DNA of 60,680 nucleotides, the filler included, from Sphacelaria rigidula (lineage: Eukaryota), in NCBI GenBank assembly GCA_964200075.2. It is 8 parts of 8 records of this genome, joined end to end, with 100 filler letters (N's around TTAATTAATTAA, not from the genome) between each part and the next. Parts side by side here need not be neighbours in the genome. Positions count along the whole stretch, not along the records: positions 7,599 to 15,096 come from CAXNAA020014640.1; positions 15,197 to 22,694 come from CAXNAA020014641.1; positions 22,795 to 30,292 come from CAXNAA020014642.1; 5 more parts are not named here. One strand, given 5' to 3'. Positions within the stretch are counted from its first letter, which is position 1, and every line of letters starts with the position of its first letter. This document shows positions 13,627 through 27,355 of this stretch, piece after piece. The notes under the pieces were generated by a model. The model did no database searches, was not told the DNA's origin, and saw only the letters and a list, made by a program, of their open reading frames with translations. A program made the translations under genes and the position numbers.

Positions 13627-16600
13627 AGATTTGCGGATGAATGTAGTTGGTTGTTCACCGTGAACCAGATTGTATGCAGCAGCGGTTTGTTTGGCCAGAA
13701 CGAGTGAAATTTAATGCCTGTACGGGGGTGTGATCTTGTGGCCTATACCCCGCATGGCCAGGCTACTACAAAAGTATCTTTTTTAGATCGGTATTATTCC
13801 TGGCACCAACAGGCACTTGAAAACCATTGCGGCTTGAGAATATTGATCCAAAACAAGAGTTGTTGTTGTAACACGTGGGGCAGTGCTCCGAGCTCATGAG
13901 ACTCAGAACAGGTGGAACGCGTTAGATCATAGCATATGCCATCTCTCATTTTGAAACAATGCGACGAGAATCAATTTACTCGTGAGACAGTCCCTGGCTG
14001 TTCACCCATGTGGAGTGACGAGCTACCCGTACATAGCTCGTGCAAAATCAATTATTTTCTAAAAGGTTTTCCAACGCAGGCGTGGTCATCTGTGCATTCT
14101 CAAATAAAGGACGCCCACGCACTCAATCACTCATCTCGTGACAGAAAATTGAGGTTGTAGCTATCTTCTCGACTCCTACTACGAATGCACACATAGCACC
14201 GGTGTAGCTCAAAACCTGTCACGCGCTGTAATTCATCATGCCACACGGCCTACAGAACCAAAGAACATTGCACGTCGCTTTTGCGTGGTCATCACCCATT
14301 CAGCCAGTTTCTCCTTCAAGACGTGAATTTCTCCTGTAGAGACAGCACAACGCCCTTAGCAAACATACCGGGCGATAAAATTGTGGGCTAAGGCACGTGG
14401 GAAGCACGTGCTAGGGTGTACAAACGAATTTCTGAATCCTGTTCCTCGCTGACGTCTCTACAGCGCTGCAGCGCACGCGGTGTATGGAGCTCGAAACCCG
14501 CATTGGGACTTTTCTGACCCGCAGCAAGCCTGAACGCGAAAATATTCCGAATTTTGCAACAAAGTTCCAATGCAGACCCGGTCCGGGGCGAGGATCACTG
14601 CTACGCAATTTCTTGCTGCTAACATTTCTATGACGGAAGCTTACGCGTGGAAGCAATTTTGCGCCAGAAAAGTGGATTCTGCCGCCGTATCTCCCACTCG
14701 TTACATCTGCATACTTCACTGTTCAAAACTTAGGACATTCGGTTCGAGAAATTGCGAAGTATCAAATACCTGTACTATGAGTAGTATGACAAAACAAGAT
14801 ACTGCTGTGGTGCTTTCCCATCTCTCTCGTTTTGTGCGCTTCCAACTACTTTGTCCCATGTCGGTTTGTTCTCGAAGGGGTGGGTGCCGTTGTCGGTGTC
14901 GTTACGTCCACTATTTCCTGTCCACCGATCGGTGTGTGTGACAAAAGAGTTGTGATCGTGAAGTGAACTATTGTGTGCGGTGAGCCGTTTAGTTTGATGA
15001 TGGGTAGGGTTGTTCTGTCATTCCTTATTTCAAGTGACACTTTCTACGATAGCCCCCCCCAGAAAAGTGCATGGTTCTGGGAGGCAAAATCTTCACNNNN
15101 NNNNNNNNNNNNNNNNNNNNNNNNNNNNNNNNNNNNNNNNTTAATTAATTAANNNNNNNNNNNNNNNNNNNNNNNNNNNNNNNNNNNNNNNNNNNNGGGA
15201 TGCGAGGTCAATGGTCTGATGACTATGGCAAGCATGATCATGAGTACACCCCCCCCCTCCAGTGACACACCTTGCAGTGCGGTATCGCGGGTTGGATTAG
15301 CGCTCCCGTACTGTGTCGACTGTCAGCTTATAAACTGGAACAAAGACTTTCCCCCCTACTCACGCCCTTAGACCCACTTTTATGGCAACGAATCTCGATT
15401 TGTACAAGTATGAGGATTTCAGCCCGTCCACAGACGATTTTCTGCCGTGGATTGATTTTTCGGACCCCAGTCCGTTGGGCGATGTTTTTCGCCCATCTAT
15501 GAGCAAAACAGAGGAATTCTTTGATTCTCTGGACATTGACTTTTGGTTTACAGCCTTTTTGCCCGAATCGGGACACTCCCGCATTTCGCTGATGAACCGA
15601 CCCAAACACCAACCTCTTGCCAAAGGCATCCCGTGAACACTCGGACGACGAGAGTGGAGTATGTGCCCTAGGCCTGTGTATATACGTTGGCAGAAGTAGT
15701 TGCGCGTCCCGAGTACACCAGCAAAAATCTTGGACTCGCAGTCCTCACAACTTCCATGTGATTTTCCATACACCACGGATTCCGTGTATTACCTCACATA
15801 TCACAGTGTGCTTTGGCTGAGTTGATGTAAACTCCCTCTCCATGCAGTAGCCAAACGTAGCCATAGAAATGGCACACATATACAGTAACGCGTTGACGTA
15901 CAAGAACATCACCAGAACACTTCCAGCGATGTACTCATTTTTTCTCATCTCTCGAGGAAGATCGGGGTGGAGCATGGGCAAACAAGCGATACTAGACCGC
16001 TGTTGAAGATGCCATTTGACCTCGGGTTGCAAATTCAGAAACATGAAACTTTCGTTCGTCGCTGTTGTGCACAGACTCAATGAAAATCGCCAAGGAATCG
16101 AGAAGGAGATAGGCGAAATTCTCTCCATGTGTACGTGTCGAATAGCGCAACAGGCGAAGGCGGGGCAGCCGACCAGCGTGATCGCAACAGTATGCAGCAG
16201 CATGCAACGTATGGGGGCTGTACATGCTAAGGTCTCACGTGCTTTTGCCCCTGTTCCAGACTCGGTAGGCATCGTCCCTCGTGTACAGTACATGCAACGT
16301 AGGATGCGTCTGTGCCGTACATACATCAAGCAGCAGTGACCGGTGTGCCGGACAGATAAAGATAGGAGGGAAAAGGGCTTACTCAAGACCGGCATCACTC
16401 TCCGAATGTCAGGATTTGTTGAAAATTGACGCACACTTGGGTCTCCAGACGCACCCCGGTGAAGCCCTCGCCTTGGTTGTCATGCATATGTTCCAGTTTT
16501 TTCCCAGCATGTACAGAAATTGTCACCAAACTAGACGCTCTAAGAAAATCCCTCGGACACGACACAGCAATACACGAAATAAATTCACGGCACGCTCAAG

Positions 16601-17070
16601 TGGACCCTCTCAGGCAAAAGTTTCATCAGCCAGTCAACCAACAAGGTATGGAAAGATACAAAACCCTCAAGGAGACAAAAACACAAACTCTCAGCAACCC
16701 TTCTCTATTCAAACGTTGAACACGCGAATCATTGCCTAGACGCACAGCCGCAAACGTCTCGAGCCATCACAAAACCGGCCGAGCACTTTCACAACTGCGA
16801 AAATCTGGCCACGACACGAATGGCGACACATTCACAGGTATAACTTCAGAGCAGAGTACAACCGCTCGTCACATGCTCATGAGTCGCTACTGCCGGAAAA
16901 ACTGTCTCAAGCAAAGCAACCTACGTGGCACAGCTCCCAATCCCAACTCATCACCAAAGGCACTCAGTCGAAGCGTTTTCTACATGCTACAACGCACTTC
17001 TCAGCGACCCGTTCCTACACTAGTCAAGTACAAAGAGCCAGGCCCGAAGCAAGGATCAAACAAGAGTTGA

Positions 17071-17217
17071 TTAGGTGTCTTCAGCCAGCGACGCCACGTA
17101 TGCCATAGCTTTGCCCTTGACATTCTCCACGCCGGCTTCGTCTCCGTGCTCTTGTTCGAACTGCATATATTTCTTGAACACACTCTTCATGCGCTTGGGG
17201 TTGAATTGCATCCCGGT
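17071..17217 (-). CDS. RRP5: rRNA biogenesis protein RRP5, terminal exon
   Basis: CAG acceptor, then TGMQFNPKRMKSVFKKYMQFEQEHGDEAGVENVKGKAMAYVASLAEDT*, the typical RRP5 C-terminus. Confidence 0.93.
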   Translation of the reverse strand, partial: TGMQFNPKRMKSVFKKYMQFEQEHGDEAGVENVKGKAMAYVASLAEDT

Positions 17218-18598
17218 CTGTCCGAAAAAGCGAATATGGTCGACAGCAGCAGCAGCAGCAGCAGCAGCAGCGTGATCGCAAAAAGTTCACAGCGTGAAAC
17301 CACCAAGGACAACGACCACTGAGCACACACAGGTCTCGAGCAACGGAAGCTTTAAAAGCTCCCACACAGGAGTGCACGGCAGCAAGTCTCTCTACCGTTA
17401 TGACTTGTGCTTTGCATACTATTATGCCGCCGCGCAACGGTGGTCCAAGGTAAGGCCACTTTTCATCGTGAGAAAAAAAAAACATGATCAAAAAGCCGTT
17501 TTTGAAAAACATGTTCGAATCACTCCTTATTTGTTGAAAGTTATCAACATCAGAAAAACCGTGTTCATCGTGTTTTACAGGGCGTGTAGGAATAATTTTC
17601 AGTTTCTAGGGCGCGAGAGGCAGGCAGCGCTCTGCAGTTGTGTCATGTACGGTGTGTAGTGTACCACCATCGTAATACTTTGACTGAGCAATACGTGGTA
17701 GGCTGCATGACGCAAGGCTGTTGATAAGCGCACGGCCTTGCTGTACTCCCCGACTGTAGAACTGATTATTGTACCTTTTCGCTGCACGGTGTAGGAGTAC
17801 TCTACTGTGCGGACAGCACGGACAACAGTACACACAGTGCAGCATTACATGTGTTGATCGTGGTACTACAGCATCTACATGCTGTCTTGTGTGTACAGCA
17901 GGGTCATGATTATAGAAGACATGGGTGAATCGACACACAGCCTCACTTGCTTTGTGACTGCTTTTGGGAGCACACTTCATGCGTAGAGGTCATCTGCGCT
18001 GCAAATACTGTACGTACAGACTATATACAAAATTCACTTGTCGACGCCGCCCGGTGCTGTTCCCATGGGATAAAGGGCCCGCACGTTACTGGCGGGCGAA
18101 GACGGAAACGTTACACGCTTACTGCCCGCAATCAGCAGCAGCAGCGATGGTGCCAAGCCAGCATAGGTGCTGTTGTGTGGTGCAAAGGGATACAGGAATG
18201 ATGAGCGACAGGATGTCAAGCGCTTTGTCGACACGAGTTTCCCAGTCACAAGAGAGGTGGATTTTTGGACGAGAAATAAAAAAAAACTTTTTTCATGATG
18301 GATTTCTGATACATATCAAGTGGCCGAACGGTACAACGCCACTGGTACCATTCGTCGCAGGTTCAGTCTAAGCCGTCATGAACCGCGTCCCACACTCTGA
18401 ATAATGTGTACCTCGAACAAAATTGACAAAAACCATACCACAACCTGGACGCCGCGCCACATGAAACCGATCAACCTCACCAGTTCATAAAATCTCCCTA
18501 GAGTTTGACGCACGCTGCTTCAGTGATTATGGGCAGAACTTAACGACGAAGTCGCGATCAAATATACAGGCGAGGCATGAATCTGTCCAAGTGCTCAC

Positions 18599-18764
18599 CA
18601 GTCTCTCGAGAAGATTCCTGGCAGCCCTGATTTCTCCCTTCTTGATCTCCTTGTCGAGGTACACATTCCAGAGGTCTAGCCGTTTTGGGTACGACGCCAT
18701 GAGGCCCTCGAAGATAGAACGACCCCGCTCCACGGAGCCATGATCGAACTCATTCCGGGCGAAT
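18599..18764 (-). CDS. RRP5: RRP5 exon (HAT/TPR repeats)
   Basis: AG/GT bounded and phase-compatible with neighbours; FARNEFDHGSVERGRSIFEGLMASYPKRLDLWNVYLDKEIKKGEIRAARNLLERL. Confidence 0.94.
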
Positions 18765-19546
18765 CTGCAAACAATACGACAAACCCCACATTGCAAAAAG
18801 GAAATATATGCATTTCATATCACTCCCGCTGCATCGGTGTTGCAGTAACCAAACATAATGGTAGAACTTTCCATCCAACAGCAGGTCAGTCTGGTTCGGT
18901 CGAGTTATAGGTGGTAGCCATGTTGACGCGTGGGTACGCATCAACGCTTACTGAGCCAACAAGAAGAGCCGAGGCAATGGTGCCTAGGAATCCCCCTGGA
19001 GTTTTACAGTGACTGAAACTTTTAACGGCCGCTGTTACAACGGGCACTTGAATAGATCAAAGCAGTGTGAAAAAGACCACACCAAGGCCACAGAGATGAA
19101 TACCACGACACGGATAGGCTTGGCTTACCCCACATCGGCTAAAAATCACAATATTTCTTGTAAGAACACATTTTTCGACTAACGCAAACCGTCACCCTAA
19201 CCCCAACCTGAGGAAAATCAACAACCCTCAGGCAAAACCCTGGACGAAGTGTGCCGTAGCAGACCTCAAATTGAAACCTGTAGCGCCTGTTCAATCAAAA
19301 TCTATCTTGTGCAACGCTACAGGCAGTTGCGAGTGTCGGTCCCCCTCAAGATCCTGATGTCGGTGTTGATACTCAAATCAAGTAATTTCAACCATGACTA
19401 ATGTTACCTGAATCGGATTGAACTTTACCGACACCGAATGGCATGGTAAATCCTCAGCTACCGTGAGCCAGGCACAGAGAAGAGAGAATACAAAAATACG
19501 TCTGGACCTTGCATGTATGTACGATGCTGTGTGTGTGTGGTGTCAC

Positions 19547-19665
19547 CTGGATATCACTGGGACGTGCTTGTGCTTGGAGAGCGACTGCAAGCTACGCTGC
19601 AAAATCTCTCGCGCGCCTACATCGTCCCCCCTCTTCAGTCGCGACAGCTGGAACGCCATCCACAC
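19547..19665 (-). CDS. RRP5: RRP5 exon (HAT/TPR repeats)
   Basis: AG/GT bounded; VWMAFQLSRLKRGDDVGAREILQRSLQSLSKHKHVPVIS(R). Not present in the ORF track. Confidence 0.92.
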
Positions 19666-20038
19666 CTGCACATGTGCACACACGATTAGATTAAAGATAC
19701 TCGTACACCGAAATGCGCACTGGATATAGTATCTCGGGACATGCTACACAAGTGGGCTACACAGTGTACAGCAAGCAAAAACAACAAAGGTGGAAGTACC
19801 CAGACGCGGGGCTACCAGGCACGGCACTGTGGTTGTGGAGTTCGGGACAAGCAACGCCGTCATATCTTGCCCATTAGTGGCGCTTGGAAGTGTAAGTGTA
19901 CGTCATTGTGTTGGCCGTCAAGTCGACGTTCAAGATTGTTCGTTCTCTGAGCCCAACTCACCAGCCTAGTGTGTCCAGTATAAGCGCGATAACAGTGTCG
20001 TGCACAAACAGCGTCAGTATCCATGCCCTCGTGCTCAC

Positions 20039-20119
20039 CTTCTTCGAGTGCCTGAATTTCTTCGCTGCAGCTTGGTACACCTCCTCGCACTGCTCCGTCT
20101 CCTGAGCCTTGTCGTGTAT
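20039..20119 (-). CDS. RRP5: RRP5 exon
   Basis: AG/GTGAG bounded; IHDKAQETEQCEEVYQAAAKKFRHSKK. Confidence 0.9.
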
Positions 20120-20778
20120 CTGGCCCCGGACAAATGGCGCCAACCAAGACAAAAAAACGAGGACCCAGTCCGACTGATTTCGAGCACGTGGCGGATTTAG
20201 TGGTGTGGAGACATTACAAGCAAAACATACAAAGACCACGTGACACATGCACCGCATAGCCATGTTCGTGATCGTCACACGTTTTAATATGCACGATCAA
20301 TGTCGGAAGCCAAGAGACAGCGGTACAATTACGGACTCACGGAACGGAAACACACTTCCAAGTACACATGTATTTGTGTTGTTCAGCAAGCGGGTGGGAA
20401 GCAAATGCAGCACGCCCCGCACATGGCTGATGCACGCGTACTTCATTCAGGCATCACACGCTCAGGTTTGGGCTATACGATTATAGACAGCTACAAGATA
20501 CCTGAGCAGATACGAACCCAGGAACAAACGTTACGTGTCACCCTACGGCTTGCTATAGATCTCGCTATTGACGCAAACTGAAATCTCGTTCGCATCCAAC
20601 TCTGAAGTACACACCGCTCTTTACAGCAACCGGAAACATCTCAAGTGCCTAAATAACCGTACCTTGAAACGATACTCGAATACTGCCTGGCAATCCCAAA
20701 TGAGCCTAGCATCGACCCAGCATGTATCGGAATAACTGCACGACATGGTCATTTCAATCCCGGGTACACGAATATCAC

Positions 20779-20967
20779 CTCTGCCAGGTGAAGGTACACT
20801 TTTTTGGGCTTGCTATTTTGGCAAGCTCTGTCGGACGTCTTTTTCAGCGAATCCCGAGTTCCGAACTTGTGCTCCAGGTTAAGCAAGGAGACCCACACAT
20901 TGTACCGCTCCTGCTCCTCTCGGAAAGAAATGGTCTTCAAAGCTCGCTCAGCAACTGCCCGCGCACC
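20779..20967 (-). CDS. RRP5: RRP5 exon (HAT/TPR repeats)
   Basis: [63 protein letters not shown] carries the hallmark RRP5 motif [21 protein letters not shown]. Confidence 0.95.
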
Positions 20968-21426
20968 CTAAGTCGGAGCGAGTAGTTGGACACACATGGA
21001 CATACGGGTACGGGGGAGGCGCGCAAGCGACACTGATCAGTAAACGAGGAACATCGCACGCAGCACTAACAGAGTCGGGAGCCTTTGATGTGGGCTAATA
21101 CCACATACCTTGTGACTTCGTGCGAGCGAAGCAAATCGATAACGAATGAAACACAGCACACAATGCTTTCAAGCCTTCATTCATCCAGTCAGTGTCGGGG
21201 TGACTTCCTTTGCGACGCATCATACACCTGAGCACCCCAAGAAAAACTCAAGCCAGTTTCGCGAATTGCTCAACAACCAAAAGCCGGGCAATCGAACTTC
21301 CGCGCCATCTTCGACAGAAGAGCTAGATCGTCAGTATGGTCATCCGTAGAACCAGCATAAACATACCGATAATCCACCCTAACGGTCAGACGGGATAAGG
21401 ACAAGAACAGTCATACAGAGACTCAC

Positions 21427-21631
21427 ATCAATGTCAGCGAGGCCTAGCTTGAACGCCATGAACTTCACCCACAGCAGCGATTCGTTGGGGCTGGCGATGA
21501 GCAGTCTTTCGAAGTCACCGGCCGTCTCCGGCGCAGCGTCCTCGTCCTGCAATGCCTTTTCCCTGGCCACTATTCTCTCCTCTTCCTCGCGGCGCTCCTT
21601 CGCCTTCTTCCGAGAACGGTGCCCCTTCCCT
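21427..21631 (-). CDS. RRP5: RRP5 exon
   Basis: GKGHRSRKKAKERREEEERIVAREKALQDEDAAPETAGDFERLLIASPNESLLWVKFMAFKLGLADID, with the DFERLL..SPN.S.LW motif; GTGAGT donor. Confidence 0.95.
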
Positions 21632-22408
21632 CTGGCAAAATATGTGGGTCAACGAAAGGGGGGCAAAGGCGTAGCAGAGAGAGTCGGAGCATGTAAGACA
21701 AGGGGTGATCAAAATTGGGCCACCCTTTGGTATATCCTTGCTGTGGAGATGATCACTGGGAGACGACGAGATGAAAACAAACCTAGGTCGTCTGTTTGAA
21801 GACGGATGAAATTGGCTGGCAAGACGGACAAAAACGCTTCCATCAAGATCGTTGTACGTCCAGTCATTTAGACCAGCTTTGAAATGTATTGCAGCATCTC
21901 AGCAAGAACTTGAACGTTTGCACGACTTGATAGGAGGCAGGGCGATAACCGCACGCATACAACGCATAGGCCAAACCGACGCTAGACAGGACAACCCCAC
22001 GCCCGTGAACTAGCATGTCATATTGGAAGCGATTCCTCGGAAGAGGAATAGCAGAGCTCCTTTTTTGTTCCCCAATATTACTATTCCCAACTACGGTATT
22101 TGAACACCAGGGGGTATCATCTGGATCCTACATATATCATGTGACCTATAAATCATGCCGATTCCACGGAACAACACCCTAAGCGGTGTAGGGAATATTT
22201 GCCTTGAAGTAAAAGCTCAACTATTCGAACGGCGGCTAGAGTATGGGAACGCCTCAGTAAACAGGAGCCCCATCAAGTTCTTTGAGCCCTCGATAACACG
22301 CGATGCCGTCAATTACCATTACGGCGAAATCCCCCCAAAACACTCAGAATTCTCAAGGGCACGTATGCGTATCCCACCCTAACCGTTTCTGTTTGTTGTC
22401 TCGCTCAC

Positions 22409-22694
22409 CCTCCTTCGTCTTCCTCGTCGCTGTCATCGCTCGAGTCATCGTCGTCCGTGTCATTGGCTCCCGCACCGGAGCCCCCTGCTCCAAAATCGAG
22501 GCTAAATGCGTTGCCGCCGGTGCCTGCGCTAGCCTCTCCAAGACCTGAACTAAGGATGCCCCTTTTTTTCTTGTTGGACTGTTGAGGCTCCTCTTCCTCA
22601 GAATCAACGTCGTCGCTGTCGTCTTCATCATCACCACCCTCTTGCTCCGATTCGCTTCCGCTTTGTTCCATGGGTGCCACCACAAGCGGCTCCT
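22409..22694 (-). CDS. RRP5: RRP5 acidic linker exon, 5'-truncated by the contig end
   Basis: D/E-rich frame ending DEEDEG at a GTGAGC donor in phase 2, compatible with the next exon. An acidic linker precedes the HAT domain in RRP5. Confidence 0.82.
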
Positions 22695-23846
22695 NNNNNN
22701 NNNNNNNNNNNNNNNNNNNNNNNNNNNNNNNNNNNNNNTTAATTAATTAANNNNNNNNNNNNNNNNNNNNNNNNNNNNNNNNNNNNNNNNNNNNGTTTTA
22801 GGCTTGAACCTCATCTCGGAGTTAAACCTCAATTCGCACAATTTGTTGTTTGATGATCGAACCGATATGTTTCGTTTCTTCATGCACAGTGGAAATCTCG
22901 GCGGGGCCATTTCTCTTTTCCCCTACCAGAGCATTGCTGTTATATCCCAGCTGGCGCGGGCCGAAGTGCCGTGGACAGTCGAAGATTTAGTTTCGGCGGG
23001 AGTCATGTCGTTTCGAACAACCACGCTACTACTATTGCTGTTGCTCTTGCCGATGCGGGCTGTTTTGCCACGCACGGTAGAACATTCGGCGGGACGATCC
23101 TTGCATGCGTTCCCCGGTCCAGATGGGTATCGAGGGCTGCGTTGAGAGCTAGCTCGATCATGCGGTTTTCCTACCTCACCCTGGATGCTTACTTGCCCTA
23201 CTGGATGCTCTTTACTCTGCGACTGTACAACCGCATCGGTCCATCCGTAACCCTAGCTACAACCGACGGCTCAAATGATTAATCTCAGCTGCCTGCCTGT
23301 GCACTTGACGTTTTAGTTTCACATAAAATATCGCTAAGAATTGGTGCGCAACTAGGGGAATGACCCCTACCCGATGCACTATTCCGGTGACCAGACTGAA
23401 ATGTCGTGCAAGATTTCCACGCTGAGGCTACACTTGCACCCGTCTGCATTAAAGTGCCCACAGACTGACTGACATTTTGATATGTGCAGGATTGTGATGT
23501 CTTTGCAACTTTCGAATTTCCTTCCCGCGGGTGATCAGTCCTTGCGTTGGATTTCAGTGCTTCATCGACACCATAATTCCTACCCAGTGGGAACGCACTT
23601 CCCTCGTTCCCCCAACTAGTAGTCTTCCCGTGCAAGGACGAGCCAGTTGGACTGTGCGGACTAAACACAGTGACGCCATTAGTATTTGCAATCTTTGCGG
23701 GAGGGTCAGATCCTCCACTACTTATAACGGGCTGAAGTGCTGTCGATGAGCTGGCCCAAGTTTCATCGTTGCACCTTCACGGTTTGTTTCTATTGCGATG
23801 GTCATCACACAGACGGTGTTGCCATTGTCGCCATTATACAGAAATT

Positions 23847-24946
23847 TTATTCTAGAGATTCTTCCCCGATCTCATCATGGATAATGACTGACTTATTTAT
23901 GAATTCTTTGGGACAGTCTCGGGCAAGAAGATGCTCGGAGCTGCCGCAATTTAAGCAGAAAGGATCGACTGCTTTGCGCGCGGCATCTTTTGCATCGCGA
24001 GAGTTGAAAGGTTCGTAAAAGGGGGGATCCCTATCATTTTTCCCAAAACGGTGATTGTTTTTCTGACCAATGGAATCAATACACTGCATTTTTTATCTTC
24101 CTCTGGGTACATCTCATCAATACCCATGACACCCCCAAATGTTTTACTATGTAACGCCTTGGCGGAATGTCTAGCTCTGGTTGTTACCCCACCGACACTC
24201 CCAGTACCAAAATGTTTCGCTGCTACGGCCACCGAGGTGTTCGTGTCAAAGTCTCGAAGGGCGTTCATCAATTGCTCAACATCTTCAAAGGGAAGAGGTT
24301 GATGGTGCCGACTCACAAACGCCTGTGCACTAATATTAGGAAATTGGTCATCGATGCCGTTCTTTACCGCTGATTGAATTGAACCATTCCCCGGGGCTAA
24401 TTCTCGACCCACACTTCGCACATCTGCCACCAACAGTCTCAGTTCAGATAGATAGGTCGCGAAAGTGGTCCCAGGGTCAACTGTGAAATTTACCAACAAA
24501 CCCATTACACGAGCTGGGGCGACCTTACTTAGCGCTCTACTAAGCATACGTGAGACATGGTCAAACGCCTCAGGACCTGTCAATTTCTCATCTTGCATTC
24601 GAATGGCCTCGTTCCTGACATCAGCTATGCGGGTTCTCAGCACTGATGCTGCCTGGGACCCCTGGGAGGCGGATTTACTACCTCGAATCGCTTTCAAAAT
24701 ATGTTTTTGTAAACACTTTACCCAACCCGGGTGTCAATCATCAGGGTCGATGTCACCAACAATTACGCGCATGTCGTTCGTGGAATCACGAAGAGCCGCA
24801 CCAAAAGCTACCAAATCGGCGACATCATGATGTGGACTGAACGGTAACTTCGGCAACTCAATCAAAATAGAGGTGTCCATTTTTGCATATTCACGCGCAA
24901 TTTCAGCCGAAGACCTGCCCGTTGAGGGTGTCAGAGTTGAGGACAC
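23847..24946 (-). pseudogene. Retrotransposon gag-like region with CCHC zinc knuckle (in-frame stop plus frameshift)
   Basis: ORFs 24734-24946 and 23951-24697 share a frame; the knuckle-bearing ORF 23847-24089 is frameshifted. Confidence 0.7.
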
Positions 24947-27144
24947 TGGGCTATCAACTTACGCTGGCACGGATTGTGAAATTACGGGCGGTCGCGCAGT
25001 CGCTGCTGTCAGATCAACTACTGCTCTGTGTTCTGCAGACAACTTGTTCACATCCTCGTATCGCTTCTTGTTGTGGAAGAACTGTGGATGTCCACTGCCT
25101 CTGCCACGGCGGTTTCTCGGGAACTATTGTTCTTGCCAGCTGTTGGAGCTACTACCTCCTTCCGAGTTTGATCCCTCCCACCAACGATGTCCTTCTGGTC
25201 CAGGACCATCCGAAATCGCTCCTCCCTGTTGTCTCGCGGAAGACGGGGGCGGTTTGGGAGTTCCGTCCCCCTCTGTGTATGACAGTATGGCGTTGTATTG
25301 AGGCCATTCCGACAATGGCCACCCCTCTGGGCACGTCCGCTTTAGTTCTTGGTATTCGGGGAAGGACAACCCATTTATGAACGGAGGATTTTCCGCCGCG
25401 GGTGTTGGTCAGGGCGGACCGGGGTCATCTGCACCGCCGGCCGACGCTGCACCGGGGGCGCAGATGGTTGCGTTACCCGGGACGCCGATTCTGTGCGGTG
25501 TTCATTTAACCCTCGTTGATACTCCGCATATTTCGCAGGTCCCATCCGCTTGGGTAGGATGTTGGCCTCCGGCACCTTTTGCACCGTTGCCTGCTCCCTG
25601 GTCTGTCTCGCCTCCATTACTATCCGCTCTCTGTCGGCCGCTATTGCCAATATGGTCCGTTTCTTCTCTTTCAACATGTCAACCCTGGCCGGTGTGTTGT
25701 CCAACTCCTCGGTTACTTCAGTTTGTTCGGCAAGAACCTTCTCCAATGCCTCTTTTATCTTTCGGAAATTTTCCGCACCCTCATACAATTCACGGCGCGC
25801 CGTCTGTAATGGTAGGGCCGGGAACACAGATTCATCCAGCGACATAGGGTGAGTTTCCCTCAGAGTCTGGGCATAGGTTTTATTGGGCTGTTTGGATTTC
25901 TTCGTGGCCAACTGCCACTCTGGACCAACGGACTTGGTCACTACCGCGAGGGGCTGATTACGGGCCTCCCTTCACTGGCCGGACCTACAGACAGTCGCCG
26001 AGCCATTGCTTCGTCCTTTCGAACAAGGATTTCCATTTGTCTTTCTCTACGACGGCAGCACGGAGTTCCGCTTTATGCAGAATTCGCGCAAAAGCCTCAT
26101 CCCCGTCTATGTCAGACTCCTCCGGGGAGGTTTCACTCACCGGAGAGTAAGATCTCACAACGGTCATGCGTTCAACGGCGCGTCTTGCGTCCGCCAACGG
26201 TTTACGAAGGATGGGCGCATCCTCTTTCACACTGCTGTTAGCCAGCTTCGGCTGTAACGGAATGGGTGTATAAACCCCCCCAAAGCAGCAACCGTCGTCA
26301 CTGGGCGACCTCTGTCATTCGCATCGATTCCCATCACGCGACATCTATCTGCATGCGACAAAGAGTCCAGCAGTTGGCGAACATTTTCGACCACATTTTC
26401 CACCACGGCACTAGGTTGGATTTTCCCAACCGCTGAGTCATCAATATGCGCGACACCATTAACCACCTCTTTATGTTTCTTAATCACCTCTTCGGTCGAC
26501 GGAACCAGAGCTTCCGCGGGGGTGGCCACGCTGGCAGAGCCGACCGTCCCCACCGGGGTAGTGTGCGGGATCATAACCCCTGGTAGTCCCACAACCGGCG
26601 CTTTCCCCTTCTGGGATTTCTCGCTGGTCGTCGAAGGCTTAGTGTCTGCCGTGGAAGGGAAAGTACCAGCAACAGCAATAGCGCGTGTGGTCACCATCGG
26701 TTCTGGTAACAGCTCACAATTTTGCGGGGGCAACGAAAAACAACCAATCGACTGAACACCCTGATGTTCACAATTCGTTTGTTCTGCTTTTACTGAAGCA
26801 GCATTTACCCCCCGCGTCCCGATAACTCGCCGCGGTTCTTGATTCAAACCTGCCATGCTATCATCGCTACATTCAATATCAGACAGGATTGATCGTAGGT
26901 GTCACTCCGTTTTGTGGAGTGTCACAATTTCTTGAATTACTCCTGATGCAGTCAATTTTCTGCAGTCAATTTTCGACTCCCGTGTTCTACCCCTGACGTG
27001 GAAAGGTGGGACAAGGAGTCACGTTGGGGTGGCACTCGAGGATGAACATGTTTCACTGCTCTGCTCGGCGTCCCCATCCTGTTCATTATAAATCTTGGAC
27101 ATTGATACCCGCGTACCTTCTATCTTTTTTGCATCAACACAAAA

Positions 27145-27355
27145 TTCTGCATCACCACCAACAAGCATGCCATCCGTATTCGTGGGTAACTGCACATTTC
27201 TACGGGCAAGCATGTTCTTCACATCACAGGGTGCTTCAACTATACCACCAGCAAGCATGTTATTTCCATCCGTGGGTGCACGCACATTGCCACCAGCAAG
27301 CATGCTTTTCACATCACAGGGTGATTCACCTATACCGCCAGTAAGCATGTCATTC
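27145..27355 (-). repeat. 45-bp in-frame tandem repeat (15 aa, MLAGG...) with a 90-bp dimer structure
   Basis: CACCAGCAAGCATG-like unit x5; translation MLTGGIGESPCDVKS-MLAGGNVRAPTDGNN-MLAGGIVEAPCDVKN-MLARRNVQLPTNTDG-MLVGG. Confidence 0.85.

Noticed and set aside
15745-16739. 229-aa and overlapping ORFs as real genes
   Set aside because: No recognisable motif or exon structure; overlapping ORFs on both strands suggest chance or decayed TE sequence.
17430-18360. TIR element in the last RRP5 intron
   Set aside because: Only short patchy inverted matches (GGCCACTT, CATC.TGA.AAAA) and no TSD.
23430-23460. TLMQTGAS as the retroviral aspartic protease active site
   Set aside because: It lacks the catalytic Asp of D(S/T)G; the position is suggestive only.
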